A stretch of 64,000 nucleotides of DNA, from positions 23,101-87,100 of IMG/VR virus record IMGVR_UViG_3300027736_000034; one strand, 5' to 3'. This document shows, piece by piece, positions 1-7,353 of this stretch. The position numbers and the translations under genes are program-made. This DNA is from a virus. Position 1 is the stretch's first letter. Each line of letters opens with the position of its first letter. Under the pieces are notes generated by a model. That model had not been told where the DNA came from. It searched no databases and was given only the letters and a program-made list of their open reading frames with translations.

Positions 1-1
1 G

Positions 2-223
2 CACCATCATGGAAATTCTAGGTGGTCTATAGTGTATTATGTAGAACTTGCCGATGATTCTCCGGGAACACAATTTAAAGATTGTATTACATCAAAATAT
101 ATCTCCCCAAATGTCAAAGAAGGTGATTTATTAATATTTCCTAGTTGGATGTTACATCGTTCTCCGCCGAATCTTTCTCAAAAAAGAAAAACAATAATTT
201 CTTGTAATTTTTCTATAAAGTAA
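2..223 (+). CDS. 2OG-Fe(II) oxygenase, C-terminal part (gene begins before window)
   Basis: Open frame from position 2 (HHHGNSRWSIVYYV...LLIFPSWMLH...RKTIISCN): HxH, FPS..H and R motifs of TIGR02466-like oxygenases. Confidence 0.75.
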   Translation, partial: HHHGNSRWSIVYYVELADDSPGTQFKDCITSKYISPNVKEGDLLIFPSWMLHRSPPNLSQKRKTIISCNFSIK

Positions 224-226
224 TAT

Positions 227-303
227 GGTAACCATAGTGTAAAGGTTTAGCACCTCACTCTGTGAAAGTGATAGAATGGGATCGTTCCCCATTGGTTACC
301 CCA
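227..303 (+). tRNA. tRNA-His(GTG), encoded G-1, atypical T-loop
   Basis: 8-bp acceptor GGTAACCA/TGGTTACC plus CCA; anticodon arm TCACT-CTGTGAA-AGTGA; T-loop ATCGTTC. Confidence 0.85.
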
Positions 304-307
304 AAAT

Positions 308-536
308 TTCAACATCCGACCTAACGCTGGCAACAGAGGAAGTTCGGGACTTGTGGCAAGTGCGAGTAGGAGAAATTTACTTTGGTATTATGTAAAAATT
401 TACTTTGGTATTTCGTTAAACTACCTAGATATAACAAGCAACACAAACAGAGTCAGGCAACACTTGCGCTATTGATTCGGGTTGTGGCAAAGATTAATGT
501 TAGGATAAAACAAAATCCCGGCTATGGGATGTTGAA
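308..536 (+). ncRNA. rnpB: Minimal RNase P RNA (catalytic domain, reduced S-domain)
   Basis: P1 TTCAACATCC/GGATGTTGAA; P2 CCTAACG/TGTTAGG; P3 CTG-GCAA-CAG; GAGGAAGTTCGGGA and ACAAAATCCCGGCTAT forming P4; P5 CTTGT/ACAAG+CAA; P6 GCAAGTG/CACTTGC; P15 CACAA/TTGTG; AGATTAATG before P2'. Confidence 0.85.
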
Positions 537-545
537 TACATATAT

Positions 546-622
546 GCCCTGGTAGCGCAATTGGTAGAGGCAATGGTCTAAGAAGCCATCAAGTGCGAGT
601 TCGAATCTCGCCTAGGGCACCA
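546..622 (+). tRNA. tRNA-Leu(AAG), short variable loop
   Basis: GCCCTGG/CTAGGGC+ACCA; ATGGT-CTAAGAA-GCCAT; TTCGAAT T-loop. Confidence 0.8.
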
Positions 623-691
623 AACTAGGATAGTGTGAAAGAAAACTATCGACAGCCCGTCTAGGGCCAATTGGGTGAAAAGCCCATTCCT

Positions 692-770
692 GCCCCGCTG
701 GACAAATCTGGCAAAGTCGCTTCTCTCAAAAGGAAGAGTGTTCTCGGTTCGACTCCGAGGCGGGGTACCA
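692..770 (+). tRNA. tRNA-Leu(CAA), short variable loop
   Basis: GCCCCGC/GCGGGGT+ACCA; CTTCT-CTCAAAA-GGAAG. Confidence 0.8.
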
Positions 771-818
771 AGTTACGGTTGGCATTGTAGAGCCTTGCTC
801 TATGGGTTGACCACCAAA

Positions 819-964
819 TTTCAAGCTAGACGGTAAGATTGAGTCCCAAATAATCTAACACAGTTTTGGTTGGCTGTGTGACACCGCACACGATTATAAG
901 GTAGTATAAACTCTCTTACACGAGACAACCCAATGAGTCTGAAAGGATAGTTGGTTGCTTGAAA
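819..964 (+). ncRNA. Unassigned structured RNA
   Basis: Closing helix TTTCAAGC/GCTTGAAA; internal hairpins; no ORF; lies between tRNAs. Confidence 0.5.
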
Positions 965-972
965 ACCTATTT

Positions 973-1048
973 GCAACTTTAGCTGATGTGGTCATAGCGG
1001 CGGTCTGAAGAACCGTTGAAAGAGGTTCGATTCCTCTAGGTTGCACCA
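973..1048 (+). tRNA. tRNA-Phe(GAA)
   Basis: GCAACTT/AGGTTGC+ACCA; GCGGT-CTGAAGA-ACCGT. Confidence 0.9.
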
Positions 1049-1156
1049 AATATACATACTTACTACACAATAAGTGTAGATTTACTGAGCAATAAGACAA
1101 CGGTCTTATGCCTTCCTAAACAGGCTAAATATTAGTTTGTGAAAGGAACAAAAAAT

Positions 1157-1396
1157 ATGGAAGCAATGAACAAAGGATTCGCTGTCGCAGGCGGTTTTCT
1201 AAGTAGCGTTTTAGACTTAGGTGTAAAACTTTTAGCGGTGGGCGTAATCCTACAAATCATCTTCGGAGCAGCAGTACCATTCATCGGATTGGATATTCTT
1301 GCTAATGTAATCAAATTCATTACAGCACTTGGTAGCCAAGGCTTAGTTGGATTGGTTGCAATTGGAGTTTTAGCCTGGGCATTTGACAGGAAGTAA
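1157..1396 (+). CDS. Small membrane protein
   Basis: AAAGGA RBS, hydrophobic helices, followed by terminator. Confidence 0.7.
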   Translation: MEAMNKGFAVAGGFLSSVLDLGVKLLAVGVILQIIFGAAVPFIGLDILANVIKFITALGSQGLVGLVAIGVLAWAFDRK

Positions 1397-1420
1397 AACT
1401 TTACCAAATACACACTCTCA

Positions 1421-1448
1421 CAAAAACCCGCTAGTCGGGTTTTGTTTT
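1421..1448 (+). terminator. Intrinsic terminator
   Basis: AAAAACCCG-CTAGT-CGGGTTTT followed by T-rich run. Confidence 0.7.
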
Positions 1449-1450
1449 GG

Positions 1451-1479
1451 TTGACAATAATTCAATAGTGTGTTATAGT
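1451..1479 (+). promoter_or_regulatory. sigma70-type promoter
   Basis: TTGACA-17-TATAGT, 7 nt upstream of tRNA-Arg. Confidence 0.8.
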
Positions 1480-1486
1480 TACACAT

Positions 1487-1561
1487 GAGCCTTTAGTGCA
1501 ATGGATAGCATACAAGTTTCCGATACTTGAGATGCAAGTTCGATTCTTGCAGGGCTCGCCA
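1487..1561 (+). tRNA. tRNA-Arg(CCG)
   Basis: GAGCCTT/AGGGCTC+GCCA; CAAGT-TTCCGAT-ACTTG. Confidence 0.85.
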
Positions 1562-1608
1562 AGCAAAGAGTAAATAGTTATAGTGACAATAGCAGAAAAG
1601 GAGACAAC

Positions 1609-2169
1609 ATGGCTGTTCTAGCACTAGATATTTCAGGAGTTCCAAGACAATGGATCTCGCACGATGACGCAATTACATACCACGCTAAAGATGCGGTAGC
1701 ATGGAGCATGGGTGAAATTGTAGCAAAGTATCGTGGGGGTATGCAAAACTCCGGCGATCAAAGTTATATTGAAACTTCTAGTATTATCGCTGTGAAAGGT
1801 CACGGATTCAACCCTTACAAACATGCTAATGTAGCATTGACTAACAGAACATTGTTTGGTCGGGACCGGCAAGTGTGTGCGTATTGTGGTAAACACCACG
1901 CTAACTACCATCACTTAAGCAGGGACCATATTGTCCCTAAATTTTTAGGTGGACAAAACACTTGGATGAACGTTGTTACTGCATGTAAAGATTGTAATAG
2001 TAAGAAGGGTCATAAGACATTGAAAGAAGCCCGCATGGAACTTCTGTACACACCTTATGTCCCAAACCATTACGAAAATATGATTTTACAACATCGTAAC
2101 ATTCTTGCTGACCAAATGGATTACTTGTTAGCAGGTGTTCCAAAGCACAGTAGAATTCTACTAAACTAG
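1609..2169 (+). CDS. HNH endonuclease (McrA/COG1403-like)
   Basis: RDRQVCAYCG...SRDHIVP..GG...WMNVVTACKDCNSKKG; AAGGAG RBS. Confidence 0.85.
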   Translation: MAVLALDISGVPRQWISHDDAITYHAKDAVAWSMGEIVAKYRGGMQNSGDQSYIETSSIIAVKGHGFNPYKHANVALTNRTLFGRDRQVCAYCGKHHANYHHLSRDHIVPKFLGGQNTWMNVVTACKDCNSKKGHKTLKEARMELLYTPYVPNHYENMILQHRNILADQMDYLLAGVPKHSRILLN

Positions 2170-2170
2170 G

Positions 2171-2199
2171 TTGACAACAAATTCAACCTAGTGTATAAT
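2171..2199 (+). promoter_or_regulatory. sigma70-type promoter
   Basis: TTGACA-17-TATAAT. Confidence 0.8.
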
Positions 2200-2247
2200 T
2201 CATATTAAATAAAGATAGTAGTGAGTAACATCACTACTATTGAAATT

Positions 2248-2321
2248 GCCCTTGTAGTATATTGGTATTACAATTGCCTTGTAAGCATTAGAAGAAGGTT
2301 CGATTCCTTACTGGGGCACCA
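2248..2321 (+). tRNA. tRNA-Thr(TGT)
   Basis: GCCCTTG/CTGGGGC+ACCA; ATTGC-CTTGTAA-GCATT; several stem mismatches. Confidence 0.75.
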
Positions 2322-2340
2322 GTTTTATTTTAGTTTTTAT

Positions 2341-2416
2341 TCCCCAGTAGCACAGCGGTAGTTGCAGTTGACTGTTAATCAACGTGTCGGAAGTTCGATC
2401 CTTTCCTGGGGAGCCA
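2341..2416 (+). tRNA. tRNA-Asn(GTT)
   Basis: TCCCCAG/CTGGGGA+GCCA; GTTGA-CTGTTAA-TCAAC. Confidence 0.92.
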
Positions 2417-2434
2417 ATTTTTAAGTGTTAATAT

Positions 2435-3058
2435 ATGGTTAATTTAATTGAGAATAACATAGAAATGAATTATAGAATATATAATTCAGAATTCATTGCT
2501 AAAAATATTAATATGATTAGGTATGAAGGTAATCTACATCATGCTAATTATAGAGAATTGTTTAAAGACAGCAAAAAAGGATCCACGTGGGATTATGGCA
2601 TGTATAATATTTTTTCTTTAGCTAGTGGTAGTGGTAGTGTTTTATTTTATCAAATTTATAAAGAGTTATTATTTGTAATTAAAGATTATTTAAAAGATCA
2701 ACACTCATCCGAAGATGATTATTCTTCTAATCTTTGGTTTCAATCCTGGTTAAATTATCATAAGCAAAATGAAGTACTAGATTGGCATGATCATAAGTTT
2801 CCCTTTCATGGATACATTAGTATAGACCCAAAAGACTCTACAACTGAATTTAAAAATTATTCTATTAAAAATAAAATAGGAAATATATATATCGGCCAAG
2901 GACATAGACAACATCGTGTCGTAGTTGATACTCCATACAACGGAACTCGCATAACATTGGGTTATGATATTGCAACTGTAAAAGCAATAGAAATGAGTAA
3001 AACATTCGATGTAAATAAGTTTAATTTGGGGTTTATTCCAATAATAATTGAAAGGTAA
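2435..3058 (+). CDS. Putative 2OG-Fe(II) oxygenase
   Basis: SWLNYH...WHDH...HGYI...HRV...RITLGYD pattern. Confidence 0.6.
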   Translation: MVNLIENNIEMNYRIYNSEFIAKNINMIRYEGNLHHANYRELFKDSKKGSTWDYGMYNIFSLASGSGSVLFYQIYKELLFVIKDYLKDQHSSEDDYSSNLWFQSWLNYHKQNEVLDWHDHKFPFHGYISIDPKDSTTEFKNYSIKNKIGNIYIGQGHRQHRVVVDTPYNGTRITLGYDIATVKAIEMSKTFDVNKFNLGFIPIIIER

Positions 3059-3060
3059 AT

Positions 3061-3255
3061 ATGTTAATTAATGATACTAGTGGATATAAATTGTATTGTG
3101 AAACTCGCAAATTAGATATACCTACGGGACATTATCATGTTCGTGTGTACACTACCTACGACTGGGCCAAAGATCCTGCGGCCGAACAGAACAAAATGGA
3201 ATTGATTCTATCCCAAGCTGAATTAGAAAAATTCAGACAATCCCTAATCGCCTAA
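3061..3255 (+). CDS. Hypothetical protein
   Basis: ORF directly after the preceding gene. Confidence 0.6.
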   Translation: MLINDTSGYKLYCETRKLDIPTGHYHVRVYTTYDWAKDPAAEQNKMELILSQAELEKFRQSLIA

Positions 3256-3257
3256 AC

Positions 3258-3286
3258 TTGACAATAAATCACTAGTGTGATATACT
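3258..3286 (+). promoter_or_regulatory. sigma70-type promoter
   Basis: TTGACA-17-TATACT. Confidence 0.75.
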
Positions 3287-3306
3287 GTCGGCAAGTTAAG
3301 AATTAT

Positions 3307-3381
3307 CTGTCGTTCGTATAATGGATAATACAGGGGATTTCTACTCCCTAAATAGCAGTTCGATTCTGTTACGACGGACCA
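3307..3381 (+). tRNA. tRNA-Arg(TCT)
   Basis: CTGTCGT/ACGACGG+ACCA; GGGGA-TTTCTAC-TCCCT. Confidence 0.85.
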
Positions 3382-3419
3382 AATACCAAAGTTGTTGTAA
3401 AAAATACAACAAAAATAGT

Positions 3420-3666
3420 TTGACATTAAATGGTCTTGGTGCTATAATCATAGCATGAGTTGAGAAAAGTGATCGTACTACTCAACTAGGTTCTTTAAAA
3501 AAATATTGTCAGATTGTTTAAAAATAGTTTGACAATAAATGGATGTTGTGTTATACTACATTCATTAGTTAAGAGGTTGTTTCAAAAAGCGAGACACGCT
3601 AGCAATAGCAAAAAGTCAAGCAGGAAACATTAAATGAGCAGGTCTCAGCCAAATGTTCTTTAAAAT
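3420..3666 (+). promoter_or_regulatory. Tandem sigma70 promoters, each followed by a boxA-like element
   Basis: TTGACA-17-TATAAT (3420-3448), TTGACA-17-TATACT (3529-3557); GTTCTTTAAAA at about 3490 and 3656. Confidence 0.65.
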
Positions 3667-3702
3667 TTAAGAATCATATATCCCTGTTTAAGTTACAGGG
3701 CT

Positions 3703-3963
3703 CTATATGTAAATGTATTAACAGGGTTACCCACTCCGTTAGGCTGAACGTGATTGTCTTTGGATTAATTTTCGGGTCACTAGTAGGCATGAAGCAGGGA
3801 TCTAGAGGATAGGTTGAGGCGACACCAAAGCCAACAGTACTGAAGGGATAGGCATCTCCCGGTTAGCGACGGATTAAACAGTGGGCTGTAATAAGAGTAA
3901 GTCAATTGTAAGCAAGTGGTGTTGCTAATTGCGTTTCTCCCCAGTTAATATATTTTCATATAG
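3703..3963 (+). ncRNA. Unassigned ~260-nt multibranch RNA
   Basis: 20-bp closing helix 3703-3722/3944-3963 with one mismatch; nested CCCACT/AGTGGG and TCCGTT/GACGGA; higher GC than flanks; no ORF. Confidence 0.6.
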
Positions 3964-4062
3964 TGAATTTGTGCAGGTTGGACAATCTTCCGGAGATTGT
4001 TATTTGGGTCTGTAGATAGAAATTTCGATAACTATCGTGACTAAGATACGCACAATTTTTAT

Positions 4063-4138
4063 GCTCGGTTCGTCTAGGGGCCTAGGACACCGCCCTTTCA
4101 CGGCGGGTACACGAGTTCGAATCTCGTACCGAGTACCA
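4063..4138 (+). tRNA. tRNA-Glu(TTC)
   Basis: GCTCGGT/ACCGAGT+ACCA; CCGCC-CTTTCAC-GGCGG. Confidence 0.92.
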
Positions 4139-4290
4139 AGTTTTTGTAGTCAGGTGAGAAGCGTGGGCAACTGTCGGAGATCAACTGACAGCTACATTTT
4201 TAATTTCGCATAGTTTAATACTAGAACAAAACGACACTGAGGTACCTTAGTGTAGATATCGGAGTACTGTTCCGATTGCGTCAAGAGTTT

Positions 4291-4374
4291 GGAGACATGG
4301 CAGAGTGGTCGATTGCGAAAGACTGTAAATCTTTTCTTAACAGCGCGGTGGTTCGAATCCATCTGTCTCCACCA
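4291..4374 (+). tRNA. tRNA-Tyr(GTA)
   Basis: GGAGACA/TGTCTCC+ACCA; AAAGA-CTGTAAA-TCTTT; long variable region. Confidence 0.9.
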
Positions 4375-4381
4375 TATAATT

Positions 4382-4459
4382 GCTTCGTTAGCATAGCTGG
4401 CCTAATGCGCTACCCTGTCACGGTAGAGATCAGGGGTTCAAATCCCCTACGAGGCGCCA
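4382..4459 (+). tRNA. tRNA-Asp(GTC)
   Basis: GCTTCGT/ACGAGGC+GCCA; CTACC-CTGTCAC-GGTAG. Confidence 0.92.
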
Positions 4460-4462
4460 AGT

Positions 4463-4641
4463 TTTGTAAGTGTAGATGTAGCGAAAGTAAGGCGTCGAAA
4501 ACCTTATGAGGCAACGGTTCGAGTCCGGCAACATGGCAACTGCTAAGTAACTACTAGTACTACGTACCTCTATCCTGTCCGCGGCTTAGAAGAAAATACA
4601 GGTAGAATGGTAGCAATGAGTGAGGTGCTACTACTTACAAA
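4463..4641 (+). ncRNA. Unassigned structured RNA with a T-loop hairpin
   Basis: Closing TTTGTAAGT/ACTTACAAA; internal CGG-TTCGAGT-CCG and TAAGG/CCTTA hairpins. Confidence 0.5.
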
Positions 4642-4675
4642 TTTAATAAACCCTACTCACTAGAGTAAATAAAGT

Positions 4676-5305
4676 ATGTTGCATAATATTTTTGGTCATG
4701 AAGTCTATATCAAAGAATTTGATAATTTGAATAAATTTGAACCTTATAAAAAACTTTTTACTAGGCAATTAATTAATTTAGGGCATGTGTATGTAGATGA
4801 TTCCACACATCACCCGGATATTCAGAAAAAGGGAAATTCGGTAAGTTCAGTAGCCAATGTTACAGATTTTCAAGGTCTTGTTGGATATTCCTTATTGAAA
4901 AAGGTACTTGAACCTGCAATTATAGAAGCTAGGTCATCCATGTTTAAAAACATAGAAATAAAAAAAATTAGTTTAACCAGGACCTGGCATAATATTAATT
5001 ATAAAAATTCTTATGTAGTATCACATTCACATATTAGACCATCTGATCAGGTAGCAAACCCTAATAGAAGGATGCAAGTTTGTATATTGTATCTTGAAGC
5101 ACCTGAGGGTTCAGGGAAACTTGCTATTATTGATGATGATCGTGAAAATTTACGTTGTACTGATTTTGATCAAGACAAAGTACATTATATAACAGTTAAA
5201 CCTAACATGTTAATTTGCCATGGTAGTGATGTAAATCATGCAGTTTCGGAACATCTTTCTGATGAAAGAAGAATATGTGTTATATTTGAATATATAATAG
5301 AATAA
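4676..5305 (+). CDS. 2OG-Fe(II) oxygenase (TIGR02466-like)
   Basis: TWHNIN...HSH...ILYL.APEGSG...NHAV...RICVIF. Confidence 0.75.
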   Translation: MLHNIFGHEVYIKEFDNLNKFEPYKKLFTRQLINLGHVYVDDSTHHPDIQKKGNSVSSVANVTDFQGLVGYSLLKKVLEPAIIEARSSMFKNIEIKKISLTRTWHNINYKNSYVVSHSHIRPSDQVANPNRRMQVCILYLEAPEGSGKLAIIDDDRENLRCTDFDQDKVHYITVKPNMLICHGSDVNHAVSEHLSDERRICVIFEYIIE

Positions 5306-5309
5306 ATTT

Positions 5310-5383
5310 GCGGGGTTCGTATAGTGGTAATACCTTAGCCTTCCAAGCTAAAGCTGACAGTTCGATTCTGTTACCCCGCTCCA
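5310..5383 (+). tRNA. tRNA-Gly(TCC)
   Basis: GCGGGGT/ACCCCGC+TCCA; TTAGC-CTTCCAA-GCTAA. Confidence 0.92.
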
Positions 5384-5649
5384 AGTTTGTTTAAAATGTT
5401 CATTGCTCGGGTTCTTAATCTGTTCATAAATTCAGATTCAGTTAACACCCCTTTAGCAAGATTACATTTTCTACAAGTCACTTGCAGGTTATCGTATGAT
5501 GTAGGTCCACCCTTTGATTCAGGTATAACATGATCCATGTGTATCTCAGCATCACGCAGGTCCTCGTCACAATACACGCAATAATAGCCATCACGTTCTA
5601 TTATTCTACGGCGTAGATTTAATGGAATACGGGCCTTGTTTTGTAACAT
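5371..5649 (-). CDS. Small HNH endonuclease
   Basis: RDGYYCVYC...MDHVIPESKGG...NLQVTCRKCNLAKG; 3' end overlaps tRNA-Gly antisense. Confidence 0.85.
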   Translation of the reverse strand: MLQNKARIPLNLRRRIIERDGYYCVYCDEDLRDAEIHMDHVIPESKGGPTSYDNLQVTCRKCNLAKGVLTESEFMNRLRTRAMNILNKLGAG

Positions 5650-5704
5650 ATTATTATTTAGCCTCAGGTTACCAAATATAGAAGTTTTTATTTAAGGTGC
5701 TGAT

Positions 5705-6196
5705 ATGTATGAATTTTTAAATGATAGTATTTTTTTAGAAAATAGAAAAAATAAAAAACATCATTTTTTTAAAAATGTTAATTTATGTCCGCCCACGTGG
5801 GATGATATAATAAAAGAACTAAACAACAGTGTTGTAGAGAAACGACACGTAAAGATATTATCTAATTCAGGATTTGTTTTCCACCAAGGAAAAAATGTTC
5901 CCGGGATTTCTGAATTATGTGAGAAAATATCGTGCTTAGATAAATCAGTATCCTGCACTGCACATTGTTATATTTCTTTCTTAGAAACAGCAGGCACGTT
6001 TGGTACACATAAAGATACAGCCGATGTTTTATTCTGGCAAATGATTGGAAAAACAAAATGGATCATTAATGATAATGTTACTGTAACGTATGAATTAGAA
6101 CCAAATGATTTTATATATGTACCAAGAAAAATGTATCATACAGTAATACCGCTAACACCTAGGGCAGGAATGTCATTTGGGTTAGATTATAACTGA
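5705..6196 (+). CDS. Cupin/JmjC-like oxygenase
   Basis: FGTHKDTADVLFWQMIGKTKW...LEPNDFIYVPRKMYH. Confidence 0.75.
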   Translation: MYEFLNDSIFLENRKNKKHHFFKNVNLCPPTWDDIIKELNNSVVEKRHVKILSNSGFVFHQGKNVPGISELCEKISCLDKSVSCTAHCYISFLETAGTFGTHKDTADVLFWQMIGKTKWIINDNVTVTYELEPNDFIYVPRKMYHTVIPLTPRAGMSFGLDYN

Positions 6197-6253
6197 TTAT
6201 AGCCTAAATAATTGACATATATCTATCTATGATATATAATAGTGAAATGAAAT

Positions 6254-6341
6254 GCGACTGTGGCGGAATTAGGTAGACGCCTCAGACTTAAAATCTGATG
6301 TCCGTAAGGGCGTACCGGTTCGATCCCGGTCAGTCGTACCA
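6254..6341 (+). tRNA. tRNA-Leu(TAA)
   Basis: GCGACTG/CAGTCGT+ACCA; TCAGA-CTTAAAA-TCTGA; long V-arm; TTGACA-17-TATAAT promoter at 6212-6240. Confidence 0.92.
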
Positions 6342-6363
6342 AATAATAAAAATAAAACATTAA

Positions 6364-6984
6364 ATGTCAGATTTTGTAGTAGTTGATAATTTTTTTCATA
6401 AGTTTGAAGTCCATGGACTGAGTAAACTTATATTTAACAACGGAGAAATAAATTGGAAATACGGCTATAAAACCACATATAATAGCGACACTAATGCATC
6501 CTTAAAGGAAATAGAAAGACTATTTATAAAAAATGATAGTAATATAAATGTAGAAAATGACAGAATGCTTACTCACCCGTTAATACTACACAACACTGTA
6601 GTTAGTGATATGTATAATAAATTTGCTAATATTAAGCCACTCATTGAGAGTAAATTTGAAGTGAATATAAAATACATTCAAGAAATGAAAATAAATTTTT
6701 CATTGCCCGGAGAAATAAAGCCTGATCAATATTTAATGCCTCATTATGATAATCATAAATTGGGTTCAAAAACTATGATTTTATATATGAATGATTGTGA
6801 AGGAGATACTATTTTGTTTAATGAGTATTATGAAGGTTATCATAATACAGATAAAAAAACAATCTATAAAAGATACTCTCCAAAAATAAATAAAGCAATT
6901 ATGTTTGATGCTAGAAGGTATCATTCTAATTCATTTTCTACTAAAAATATTAGAGCAGTAATTGTTGCTAATATTATAATATAG
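6364..6984 (+). CDS. 2OG-Fe(II) oxygenase
   Basis: PHYD...ILYMND..GDT...FDARRYH...RAVI. Confidence 0.75.
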   Translation: MSDFVVVDNFFHKFEVHGLSKLIFNNGEINWKYGYKTTYNSDTNASLKEIERLFIKNDSNINVENDRMLTHPLILHNTVVSDMYNKFANIKPLIESKFEVNIKYIQEMKINFSLPGEIKPDQYLMPHYDNHKLGSKTMILYMNDCEGDTILFNEYYEGYHNTDKKTIYKRYSPKINKAIMFDARRYHSNSFSTKNIRAVIVANIII

Positions 6985-7144
6985 TGTATTCTTGTCTATA
7001 TGTGGGGATATAGCCTACCCTGATATGATTATATAGATTATGAAGTGCTACATTGGTACTATCTTATCTGAAAAGATAGTACGAACGAAGGTGTACCACA
7101 TGGTTACGGTGCCTTAGACAAGCACCGGGAGTATACTATATTAT
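6976..7144 (+). ncRNA. Unassigned structured RNA
   Basis: 16-bp closing helix 6976-6991/7129-7144; GTACTATCTT/AAGATAGTAC and CGGTGC/GCACCG hairpins. Confidence 0.55.
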
Positions 7145-7151
7145 GGTAAAT

Positions 7152-7228
7152 GCCTTCATAGCACAATTGGTTAGTGCAAACGACTCATAATCGTTAGGTT
7201 ACTGGTTCGAGTCCAGTTGAAGGCACCA
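7152..7228 (+). tRNA. tRNA-CAT (elongator Met or lysidine-Ile2)
   Basis: GCCTTCA/TGAAGGC+ACCA; AACGA-CTCATAA-TCGTT. Confidence 0.88.
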
Positions 7229-7236
7229 AGTATTTC

Positions 7237-7323
7237 GGAGAGTGGGCTGGATGGTAAGGCATCGGATTGCTAATCCGACGCTCAGAAATGGGCGAGTGGG
7301 TTCGACTCCCACACTCTCCGCCA
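7237..7323 (+). tRNA. tRNA-Ser(GCT)
   Basis: GGAGAGT/ACTCTCC+GCCA; TCGGA-TTGCTAA-TCCGA; long V-arm. Confidence 0.9.
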
Positions 7324-7353
7324 AGAGTATGTAATTTTTAATAAGGAAATAAA

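Noticed and set aside
2248-2321. tRNA-Tyr(GTA)
   Set aside because: Stem register gives loop CTTGTAA, so the anticodon is TGT; the short variable loop and GCC acceptor start fit Thr.
3307-3381. Amber suppressor tRNA (CTA) and stop-codon recoding
   Set aside because: The 5-bp stem GGGGA/TCCCT places TCT at 34-36 (Arg). Genes read intact under the standard code and several end in TAG.
3703-3963. SRP RNA or 6S RNA
   Set aside because: Only a partial GAAGCAG match without the SRP helix-8 context, and the fold is multibranch rather than a 6S-like rod.
4276-4509. 77-aa ORF (also 894-1100, 3244-3426, 7378-7667, 8240-8452, 10751-10960)
   Set aside because: These overlap tRNA genes and are spurious frames.
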